From positions 1 to 39,943 of the forward strand of contig JBDKSP010000014.1 in assembly GCA_039680575.1 (NCBI GenBank): a stretch of 39,943 bases of DNA, given 5' to 3'. Every line of letters begins with the position of its first letter. The stretch's first letter is position 1. The translations under genes and the position numbers were made by a program. This stretch comes from Armatimonadota bacterium. Its GTDB lineage: Bacteria > Armatimonadota > UBA5829 > DTLH01. Shown piece by piece: positions 29,141-37,035 of this stretch. The notes under the pieces were generated by a model. That model searched no databases. It saw nothing but the letters and a program-made list of their open reading frames with translations, and was not told the DNA's origin.

Positions 29141-30133
29141 ATGTTAAATAAAGGCAGTATTTTAGTAGTTGACGATGAGATAAACCTCTGTCGCATAATC
29201 GGTGCAAAGTTGGCCAGGAACGGTTACAGCGTCGTGGCGGTTCATGACGGCCAGCAGGCTATCGATAAGGTACGAGAGTCGAGTTTTGACGTCGTGTTGC
29301 TGGACCTGATACTGCCAAAGGTGGACGGACTGTCCGCTCTTGCGGAGATTCGGAACCTGGATAGAGACCTCCCTGTGATAGTTATGACGGCATGTGAGAG
29401 TTCCGAATCGCTTGATAAAGCCCGCAGCCATGGTGTTTCGGCTTATGTCAATAAACCGTTCGACCTCGATAACCTGATCGACCTGGTGCGGACTACTTCA
29501 GCCGGTTCTGCTAAACGAGAAGAAAAACAATCGCAGAACAACAGCATCCTCTTTGGAAAGAGCCAGCCGATATCGCTCGAGATATTGAACGGCAGTACGA
29601 GCGGGGTTTTCCCCACTATGATAGAAAGCAGGGATGATCGAACGCTTTCGGTCCTTGCCCCGGTCTCCGGCGGCAGGATAATCGAAGTCGCTCCGCGCAC
29701 GCCGGTCCGCGTCGGCCTGTCGGCTAATGATGCATATTATAGTTTTAATAGCTATGTCCTCGCCTTTAAACCGGCTGATGTGCCTGTCCTCCTGCTCGAC
29801 AAACCGGGTGTTATCTACAGGACACAGAGACGCCAGTCGGCACGTGTTCCCGTGAGCATGGACCTCCGCTATGGTAAAATCGACAGCGAGGATGCACGTC
29901 CTCAGGCGTTTGCGGAAGGCAAGTCCTGCGATCTCAGCTCAGGCGGGATCAAAATAATCGCCACGACCCGGTTGGAACCATGCGATCTGGTATATATAGA
30001 AGCCGATCGGTTCGGCTCATTCGGCCCGATCACCGCAGTTGCTGAGGTACTCCGCTCGGCGTCGGGAAAATCGGACTCAGAGTACGAGGTCTCGATGCGG
30101 TTCAGGAAACTTGACGGAAACCTGGGCGATTAA
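29141..30133 (+). CDS. response regulator with REC, YcgR-like N-terminal and PilZ domains
   Basis: REC: ILVVDDE, VLLDLILP, MT, NKPF. PilZ: QRRQSAR (RxxxR) and DLSSGG (DxSxxG). GGAGG RBS before ATG 29141. Confidence 0.9.
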   Translation: MLNKGSILVVDDEINLCRIIGAKLARNGYSVVAVHDGQQAIDKVRESSFDVVLLDLILPKVDGLSALAEIRNLDRDLPVIVMTACESSESLDKARSHGVSAYVNKPFDLDNLIDLVRTTSAGSAKREEKQSQNNSILFGKSQPISLEILNGSTSGVFPTMIESRDDRTLSVLAPVSGGRIIEVAPRTPVRVGLSANDAYYSFNSYVLAFKPADVPVLLLDKPGVIYRTQRRQSARVPVSMDLRYGKIDSEDARPQAFAEGKSCDLSSGGIKIIATTRLEPCDLVYIEADRFGSFGPITAVAEVLRSASGKSDSEYEVSMRFRKLDGNLGD

Positions 30134-30161
30134 ACTGTCGGAGATTGAAAGCAGCAACTGT

Positions 30162-30905
30162 ATGAAGATCAAACTGATAGCTTGCGAGGTGCTTACACGC
30201 GAGCTTGGCTTAGTCGCGGCTGAAAGCAGGCACATATTCGATAACACATTCCTGCCCTTCGGGCTTCACTGCACCCCGGATAAACTCAGAACCACGATTC
30301 AATCCGAGATCGATTCCGCGGAAGGCGGCGGCTACGGTTTTATCGCGCTTGGCTACTGTCTTTGCAGCAGGGGGACTGTGGACATTACCGCCCGTAGCGT
30401 ACCGGTCCTTATTCCGAGAGGTCACGACTGCATAACCATGTTCCTCGGCTCAAGAAAGCGTTATGCCGGTGAATTTACGTCTCATCCGGGAACCTACTAC
30501 TACAGCTCCGGCTGGATAGAGCGGAGCGACGGCGACGTCGAGCAGGGTAATATCACCGCGAAAAAAGACCGCGAGACCAGCGAGCGTTACGAGGAATACG
30601 TCCGCAAATACGGCGAAGACAACGCCAAATTTCTGATCGAACAGGAAACCCTTTGGCTCGCCAACTACACCCGCGCCGCGCTGATCGATATGGGGATCGG
30701 GGACATCGAGGCTTACAGGAGCTTCGTCAATAATGTGGCATCGACTCACAGCTGGGAATGCTCCGAGTTGAGTGGTGACTGGTCTCTGATAAGAAAACTC
30801 GCCGACGGCGAATGGAGCGACGAAGATTTTCTTACCGTCAAGCCCGGCGAGCGAACTGTGGAGACATTCGACGACCGGATAATGACTTCAAAGAACGCTG
30901 GATAA
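30162..30905 (+). CDS. DUF1638-like protein
   Basis: KLIACEVL.RE, GLH..PDKLR..IQ, GYCLCS.G, PRGHDCIT.FLGS, GTYYYSSGW. Confidence 0.82.
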   Translation: MKIKLIACEVLTRELGLVAAESRHIFDNTFLPFGLHCTPDKLRTTIQSEIDSAEGGGYGFIALGYCLCSRGTVDITARSVPVLIPRGHDCITMFLGSRKRYAGEFTSHPGTYYYSSGWIERSDGDVEQGNITAKKDRETSERYEEYVRKYGEDNAKFLIEQETLWLANYTRAALIDMGIGDIEAYRSFVNNVASTHSWECSELSGDWSLIRKLADGEWSDEDFLTVKPGERTVETFDDRIMTSKNAG

Positions 30906-30970
30906 CTCCAATACGGCATAACAGCCCTTTGCAGGTGATTTTCTTCGCGTAAATGCCGCCAGAGTCCAAC

Positions 30971-31004
30971 AAAAAAGGGGCGGTCACTGGACCACCCCCC
31001 TTTT
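30971..31004. terminator. bidirectional terminator
   Basis: aaaaaaggggcggtc…gaccaccccccttttt-like hairpin between convergent genes. Confidence 0.7.
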
Positions 31005-31027
31005 AGCTGCTTCAAATTACGTTCTTA

Positions 31028-33328
31028 TTAGAATTTCTTCGCTACACCGAGTGTAAAGAATCTCGGCGTTGTCCAACTACTGGCCTCTTTGCTGCCATCG
31101 GGATAGACGTAATATTGGGTGGCCTTACCCGTATTGAATATATTCCAGATATCCAGGTAGACCTGATCGCCGATGCTTGAGCCCTCCGGCAGTTTTTTAA
31201 TTATATTCCAGGAGACTATAGCTCTGCCGCTCGCATAGTCCTGATACTGGGTGTTGGATGCTGTTACGGAGTCTGCAAGGCCGCTTCCATAGCTGATCTG
31301 CCAGTTATGTTCCCAGTCATTATGTTTATAGGCTAATACGACGTTCAGCGTGTGGCGCTGGTCCCAATCGCAGTAGCTCCAGATCGACGGGTCTATCGAC
31401 GAGGTTAAGCTGGAAGCATTTGCCCTAGCGCGCTGCCATGTGTAGGAAAGCCAACCTTCCCAGTTGTTACTCATCCTCTTGGACACGTACCACTCCACTC
31501 CGGTGCTCTTGCCGTCGCCCGAGTTCACGTACATTCTGGCCATCGAATCGGGATCGTTAGGATTGACTGCCTGGCTTTGCAGGAGATCGGTGTAAGTCCT
31601 GTAGTAGGGAGTGATCCTCATAAGCGTGTCGTCGTTAAGCTGCCGCTCCCAGGATATGTCCCAGGATATGCTTCTCTCCGGTTTGAGGTCGAGGTTGCCG
31701 AGTCTGTAATCATTCCATCCGGAGTTGACGTAATTTCGCTCGATTACGTAGCTCGGAGGGAACTGGATAAACCTTCCCCAGCTTGCCTTGAGGACGTTTT
31801 TGCTGTCCAGTTTATAAGTCATGCCAAGTCTCGGGCTTACCTGAGATTCAGCAGTATCAGGATTTGCGACCTTGTTGAACTTCATCCCATCATAGCGGAG
31901 GCCGAGCTCGGCATGCCACTTGTTGCCCAATCTGGTCTGGTCCTGTATGAATATACCGGTCTGGGTTGTCTTGACGTTTGAATTGTAATGATAATCGCCC
32001 CACTCAGGATGCCCCAGCATCTCGCCGAGGTCAGGCATCCAGGCCATGTACCTGTTTTTGCTGGAGACTACGCTCGCACCTGTCTTTAGAAGGTGGTCTT
32101 CGGAAAACTGGTTCGTATACTCCACCTGAAGCCCCCTCTGGTTCGTACCATAGTCCAGGTAGGTTCCCATCGGGCTATCGGGTGCCAGCGCGTCGGTGAT
32201 CGCCCGGGTATCATACATGTACGGCCGGACCGTAATGAATGACGATGAGCTGAAGTTTCGGCTCCAGGTGAGACTGGTGATGCCGTAACCCTGATGACCG
32301 TGGTCGTTTTCGGGGGTCACGGACTGTCTCATATAGGTGGTATCGTGTATTGTGGGGAGTATATACTTGGCGCTGCCCTGGTTTACGAGCAGAGTCCACT
32401 TGTCTTTTCCAATGGGGTACACGAATTTTCCGATATTGTCGGAGCTTTCGCACCCTGAGAAGAGCATTTTTTCGAAATCCGTCCGCCAGAGGTAGCTTCC
32501 GACGTAGTAGTCCAGCCCTGAGGGGCTGACTCCGCCATATTCGTAGTAGCTTCCCTTGTAGTTTTGCGCGCCGCTGGTCATCTCCAGCCTGCCGCCGGGC
32601 ATTTCGCTTCCGGTTTTCTTGATCTCGTTGAAAACGCCGGAGATGGCATTGCCGTACTCTGCGCGGTATCCGCCCGTGTAGATCTGCATTTTGCTCATTC
32701 CGACAGTAACCGTATTGGTGCCGAAGGCATTTGTCAGAGGCTCGGTCACGGGGATTCCTTCGAGCATGTAGCCGATCTCATCGTTACGGCCGCCCCGGAT
32801 GTGAGGAGAACCGTTACCGTCGATGGTGATTCCCGGCTGAGTCCCTACGACTCCGGGGATCTGATAGAGGTTGTTAGGCTGGTTCTTAACCATTTTCTCC
32901 TGCCGGGCTGGCACCATATAAAGAGTTGGCGCCATATCCGGTTGAAGAAGGGTCTTTTTACCGGTAACGACTACCTCCTTTTCATCTATCTCAACCTTGG
33001 AAAGGTTGATGTCGGTGGCGCTGGTCGCATCCATCATGACCTGCACATCCGCTCTGGAGGCATTACCGTAACCTACCAGGCTGGCTTCTACCTTGTAAGC
33101 GCCTGGAGGCACATTCGTGATAACGAAGTAGCCTCTGGCATCGGTCACCGTAGTCAGGTTGGTGCCTTTGACGACGATGTTGACGCCGGACAATTTGGCT
33201 CCGGTCTCGGAGTCCGTCACAGTGCCTGAAATAATACCGGTTGTGCTTGCGACTGCCGGCATTACCATTAACGTCATTATCGTCACGATAGCCAGCAGCG
33301 TGAACAACTTAGTTGCTGAGAAACTCAA
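31028..33328 (-). CDS. TonB-dependent outer-membrane receptor with an N-terminal carboxypeptidase-regulatory-like domain
   Basis: Signal peptide; GIISGTVTD…TDARGYF..NVPPGAY; plug HIRGGR…GGYRAEYGNAISGV; barrel SPRLG, NLDLKPE, C-terminal Phe. TTG 33328 follows the RBS AAGGGAGGGG (ORF track start is 33412). Confidence 0.92.
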   Translation of the reverse strand: MSFSATKLFTLLAIVTIMTLMVMPAVASTTGIISGTVTDSETGAKLSGVNIVVKGTNLTTVTDARGYFVITNVPPGAYKVEASLVGYGNASRADVQVMMDATSATDINLSKVEIDEKEVVVTGKKTLLQPDMAPTLYMVPARQEKMVKNQPNNLYQIPGVVGTQPGITIDGNGSPHIRGGRNDEIGYMLEGIPVTEPLTNAFGTNTVTVGMSKMQIYTGGYRAEYGNAISGVFNEIKKTGSEMPGGRLEMTSGAQNYKGSYYEYGGVSPSGLDYYVGSYLWRTDFEKMLFSGCESSDNIGKFVYPIGKDKWTLLVNQGSAKYILPTIHDTTYMRQSVTPENDHGHQGYGITSLTWSRNFSSSSFITVRPYMYDTRAITDALAPDSPMGTYLDYGTNQRGLQVEYTNQFSEDHLLKTGASVVSSKNRYMAWMPDLGEMLGHPEWGDYHYNSNVKTTQTGIFIQDQTRLGNKWHAELGLRYDGMKFNKVANPDTAESQVSPRLGMTYKLDSKNVLKASWGRFIQFPPSYVIERNYVNSGWNDYRLGNLDLKPERSISWDISWERQLNDDTLMRITPYYRTYTDLLQSQAVNPNDPDSMARMYVNSGDGKSTGVEWYVSKRMSNNWEGWLSYTWQRARANASSLTSSIDPSIWSYCDWDQRHTLNVVLAYKHNDWEHNWQISYGSGLADSVTASNTQYQDYASGRAIVSWNIIKKLPEGSSIGDQVYLDIWNIFNTGKATQYYVYPDGSKEASSWTTPRFFTLGVAKKF

Positions 33329-33554
33329 TCTAACGTCCCCTCCCTTATGCCAGGTACGCCCTCGTAAGTCCATTAAGGCATGCATTTCGGGCGACAAACA
33401 TGCACCTGACATTGATTGATGTATGGCTTGCAGCCATACTGAAGATTCTCCAGTCAGAGATTATCGGAGAAAACAGGTAATTTCCTCAGGTCTGTGATCC
33501 TCTCAACTCTGGCATAAGCTTTATGGAAGTTGAGATAGTAAGTGGTAGAGCTTA

Positions 33555-33648
33555 AGATAATGGCAAACTCGTCGAAAGGCGGGGACGCAAAGCCAATGGG
33601 GCTAAAGTCCGGGAACTGACCCGGATAATGCTTGCCAGGTTGCCGAAG
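33555..33648 (+). promoter_or_regulatory. cyclic di-GMP-I (GEMM) riboswitch aptamer
   Basis: GGCAAAC-tcgtc-GAAA-ggcgg-GGACGCAAAGCC…GGGGCTAA…GCCAGGTTGCC matches the class-I consensus. Confidence 0.93.
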
Positions 33649-33718
33649 CTGATATGCGAACATCCTCAGGTCACGCCAATGGGCTGCAGGCGGTTGTACA
33701 GAGAATGTTCGTATGCAA

Positions 33719-33744
33719 GCCAGGACAACCTGGCATATTTTTTT
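33719..33744 (+). terminator. riboswitch expression-platform terminator
   Basis: gccagg-acaa-cctggc-ata-TTTTTTT; its 3' arm is complementary to aptamer nucleotides 33633-33642. Confidence 0.8.
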
Positions 33745-33759
33745 GGGAGGTGCGGTACG

Positions 33760-33942
33760 GTGTGGGCGTTGTATAGTCCATTAATACATCCGGCGCAGGC
33801 GAAAACCCCAAAGGCTGCGCAGTTGAGATCGTCTGCCGGTTCATCACACGGCAAAATAGCTGCGGCAACGGTTGAAGGATCACGGTATTTTCTTGATCTA
33901 TCTAACCTGTTTTCCTGTTGCCTCAGCCGGACTCAGAAATGA
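33760..33942 (+). CDS. riboswitch-controlled small hypothetical protein (60 aa)
   Basis: Strong RBS GGGAGGTG (33745-52) lies 7 nt before GTG 33760, directly after the terminator; 3' part of track ORF 33628-33942. Confidence 0.6.
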   Translation: MWALYSPLIHPAQAKTPKAAQLRSSAGSSHGKIAAATVEGSRYFLDLSNLFSCCLSRTQK

Positions 33943-33982
33943 GCTGAGCTGAAGAATCAGCATCATACTGAACGACCACTAT

Positions 33983-34004
33983 GTCATGCTGAGCTTGACT
34001 CAGC
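33983..34004. repeat. isolated REP-like palindrome identical to the one inside MITE copy B
   Basis: gtcatgctgagcttgactcagc, also at 34553-34574. Confidence 0.7.
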
Positions 34005-34217
34005 TCGTGGAGGGGGTGGTTATCCCAATTTTTACTGCTTGAGACCTTTTCTTTCAGTCGGTTTTAGCCAATTATTCCTATAAGCAAGGCTGGGAATCAT
34101 GTCCGCCGCTTTTCGTTCGCGAATTGCGGGTGGAGTGGTTATGTATGAGGATAAGAGGGCAAGGAAGGGACATTCCATGGCTGCCTGATCGGTCAGGCGC
34201 GGAAAGACGTGAACACC

Positions 34218-34415
34218 ATGACGACCCTTTGCAGAAACAAAAAGGTTCGCGGGTGCCCCGCGAGTTTCTATTTATCCTGCCCGGCCTACCTTGACAAAAA
34301 AAACTGTTGGGAGGTTCAAAGTAAGCCGTGCTGTCCTGTAGGGAACTTGGTGCAGTGCAGCGGGTGTGCAATCTTCACCAAGGGGCATTCCGGAAATGGC
34401 GCCAGGATGCCTTAG
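34218..34415 (+). CDS. small cysteine-rich protein (8 Cys; two-CW-domain-like)
   Basis: C…CP…CPAY…NCWE…CC…CxxC pattern. Confidence 0.65.
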   Translation: MTTLCRNKKVRGCPASFYLSCPAYLDKKNCWEVQSKPCCPVGNLVQCSGCAIFTKGHSGNGARMP

Positions 34416-34503
34416 TTACTGTGTTTCAGGTGACACCTGGAACTCTCCCGGAAGATTTTTGGCTATAGCTGAAAATCTATATATTGGGTTGTGCTGCAGG
34501 CTG

Positions 34504-34687
34504 GTAAGTGTTCAGAGTTGATGATTACAACATCATGCTGAATTATCACAACGTCATGCTGAGCTTGACTCAGCATCCAGGAAGAAAATGGACCCTGAAT
34601 CAAGTTCAGGGTGACGTGCTTTCATCTATGGTGATGTGTTGGTTGTGCAATTTGATGTAAGATCTCTCATTAAGAGTGAACTGTTAC
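34504..34687 (-). mobile_element. MITE copy B (inverted relative to copy A)
   Basis: GTAAGTGTTCAG…GTGAACTGTTAC; flanks GCAGGCTG (34496-503) and GCAGGCTC (34688-95); colinear with the reverse complement of 25237-25420. Confidence 0.8.
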
Positions 34688-34719
34688 GCAGGCTCACAGC
34701 CTGCAGCTAATGACTGAAA

Positions 34720-35946
34720 ATGATACCTGAATCGGTAAACTATATCAAAAGTAGAGTGTCTGTCCGGCCTTTAGTGCGGATAACCGGGCTTCTCGTCCGG
34801 GCAGCCGGGTTTTACCTGATCGCAGCGTTTGCATTGAGTGGCTACATAGACGCTGTAGTCGCAGCGTTGTCGATTATTGCGTTCATAGCTGGAGGAATCA
34901 GGGTCAGCCTGGGGTCTCCCAGCAACACGCGGAAGGTAGAGATAGACGCAGGAAGCGCGGTTGTGATTGGAGCTGCGCTTGCCTGCGGACCGGTCTCCGC
35001 CGCAGGTCCCGCCGCGATGGCTGCTCTCGGCAGTATACTTCTGGATTTCAACCACCGTGACTCACTCGCCAACTCTACTTATACCGTAGCCCGGATGCCG
35101 ATCTCGGCAGCCCTGGCTTCGCTGGTCTTCGGTTGGGCGGGCGGAAACACGGTATACACGGCAGGCGCCGAATCGCTCCCCGCCGCACTTGCCGCCGCGG
35201 CAGCATACATCGTGCTGGACAGCGCCCTTGCAGGCAGCATCAGGCTTGTAAAGACCCGGTGGATTTCAGCGGGACTCGGTTACGGGCTCGGCTGCGCTGC
35301 AAGAACGATGCCTCCGTTTGTCATGCTCGCAGTGATTCTCCCGGCAGCTCTGGCTGTTCTCGGCCTGCTTCGAGACGCACGAAGAAACAGTAAGATCGAA
35401 TCAGAGCCGAAGGCGGAGGAAGATGAAAGCCCAACTGAGGTTGCAAAGACGTCGTTCACCGATCCTTTGACCGGACTTGCCAACCAGCGTTATCTTGAAA
35501 TGTTCCTTCGGCAGGAGATCAGCCGGGCGGAACGCAGCGGGCATCCGATATCTGTTATCCTGATAGACATAGACAACTTCGAGCAGTTGAACGAGTTGGA
35601 CGGCAGAGAGTCCGCTGACCGGTGTCTCGTGGCTATCGGCGCGGGAGTTAAGCGGATGCTTCGTGAATATGATGTTATAGCCCGCTACAAAGATGATGAG
35701 TTCGTTGTAGTGCTTCCCGAGTGTGATATCACGGCGGCTCATGATGCGGCTGCAAGACTGCACGCGGCGCTTTCCGGCCAGGTGCTGCCGCTCCGGGCCC
35801 ATTTCTCCGCTGGAGTTGCTACATATCCGGCCTACGGCACATCCATCGATGATCTGCTCTCCTCCGCCCATCATGCACTAAACCGAGCCAAGTTCGCCGG
35901 AAAAAACACAATCCGGAGCTGCCACGAACTCGCCAAAGCAGGATAA
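34720..35946 (+). CDS. membrane-bound GGDEF-domain protein with a degenerate active site
   Basis: Multiple TM helices; TDPLTGLAN.R, IDIDNF..LN, REYD (RxxD I-site), RYKDDEF in place of RYGG(D/E)EF. Confidence 0.9.
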   Translation: MIPESVNYIKSRVSVRPLVRITGLLVRAAGFYLIAAFALSGYIDAVVAALSIIAFIAGGIRVSLGSPSNTRKVEIDAGSAVVIGAALACGPVSAAGPAAMAALGSILLDFNHRDSLANSTYTVARMPISAALASLVFGWAGGNTVYTAGAESLPAALAAAAAYIVLDSALAGSIRLVKTRWISAGLGYGLGCAARTMPPFVMLAVILPAALAVLGLLRDARRNSKIESEPKAEEDESPTEVAKTSFTDPLTGLANQRYLEMFLRQEISRAERSGHPISVILIDIDNFEQLNELDGRESADRCLVAIGAGVKRMLREYDVIARYKDDEFVVVLPECDITAAHDAAARLHAALSGQVLPLRAHFSAGVATYPAYGTSIDDLLSSAHHALNRAKFAGKNTIRSCHELAKAG

Positions 35947-35962
35947 ACACGCCTAAATGGGG

Positions 35963-36607
35963 TCAGTTGACGGCAGCGGAGAGATAATCCATCACTTCCT
36001 CATCCGTCAAGTCGTGCCATGTGAGGTAATAATCGGCGACCGCGAAAGGCAGCCTGTGGCTTTCTACTATGCAGATAATCTCGTCTGCTGCTTCTCCGAG
36101 CAATCGCATCGCTGATTCCGATGCGACCGGAACGGCTACTGTCACTCGTTCTGCTCCCGACTGCCTTGCGGACTGTACCGCCGCGAGCATCGTATAGCCG
36201 CTTGCCAGCCCATCATCGACGATAATTACCTGCTTTCCGCGCACGGTCTGTTTCGGAATCCGGTCTCTCAACACGTGCTCCCGGTTCTGGATGTCCTCCA
36301 TAACCCGGTTGGCTATCGATTTTATCAGCTTCTTGCTGAGTCCCATCCCTTTGACGATAGCTTCGTTCAGGACCAGCGCGCCGTCGCTCGTCACAGCTCC
36401 GAATCCGGCTTCGGGGTTCCATGGGATGGGCAGCTTTCTCAAGATGATGAAGTCAAGCGGTAGCCCCAGGCGGCAGGATATCTCGACGGCGACGGGAACC
36501 CCTCCCAGTGGAATAGCAAGGACTACGGCATCCGTCGATCTATACTTTTCCAGACGTTCCGCGAGACGTCTTCCCGCATCAGACCTGTCTCTGAATAGCT
36601 CTGACAT
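35963..36607 (-). CDS. type I phosphoribosyltransferase-family protein
   Basis: FRDRSDAGRRLA, LAIPLGGVPVA, VDDGLASGYT (PRPP loop), VAVPV; ATG 36607 preferred. Confidence 0.92.
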   Translation of the reverse strand: MSELFRDRSDAGRRLAERLEKYRSTDAVVLAIPLGGVPVAVEISCRLGLPLDFIILRKLPIPWNPEAGFGAVTSDGALVLNEAIVKGMGLSKKLIKSIANRVMEDIQNREHVLRDRIPKQTVRGKQVIIVDDGLASGYTMLAAVQSARQSGAERVTVAVPVASESAMRLLGEAADEIICIVESHRLPFAVADYYLTWHDLTDEEVMDYLSAAVN

Positions 36608-36715
36608 AATCCGCCGTCGCTGCTTGCGATAACTCGTATCACAAGAGCGGCTCCTCATAAGCGCTGCCCATTAATACCATCTATGGGACTGATGCTAAAC
36701 AAAATGTGGGTCTAT

Positions 36716-36749
36716 AAAAAAATAAGCTCCCCTGCATTCCGCAGGGGAG
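36716..36749 (-). terminator. intrinsic terminator on the minus strand with no upstream CDS
   Basis: Minus strand ctcccctgc-ggaat-gcaggggag-cttaTTTTTTT. Confidence 0.75.
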
Positions 36750-37035
36750 GATAAAAGAGGGTGGGAAGGTTTGCTATATTATTTACGACTGAAAGCTCCA
36801 TATTGTTCCAGCAAACAGGCTAATTTTGTTATTTCCTGTTGTAACAACCATGTAACAATGCAATCCGGCACACATGTACGGCTGAAAACAGGCCGCCTGC
36901 TATGAAACGTTTTTCATCGATGTCCGTCTACTGACTCGGATATAGTGTTCGGTTGCTTTAGTTTAGCCCTTGTATTGACACGGGTAGTACCCGGATGCGG
37001 TATATCCTGGCTTTATATGTAGTCCGGAGATATAA

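Noticed and set aside
33510..33558. Promoter candidates for the riboswitch (TGGCATAAGCTTTAT sigma54-like; TTGAGA-N17-TAAGAT)
   Set aside because: The first lacks the -12 GC. The second would start transcription inside the aptamer 5' strand. Left unresolved
33666..33883. Minus-strand ORFs 33666-33854 and 33671-33883
   Set aside because: Antisense to the riboswitch platform and its RBS-supported ORF; no RBS
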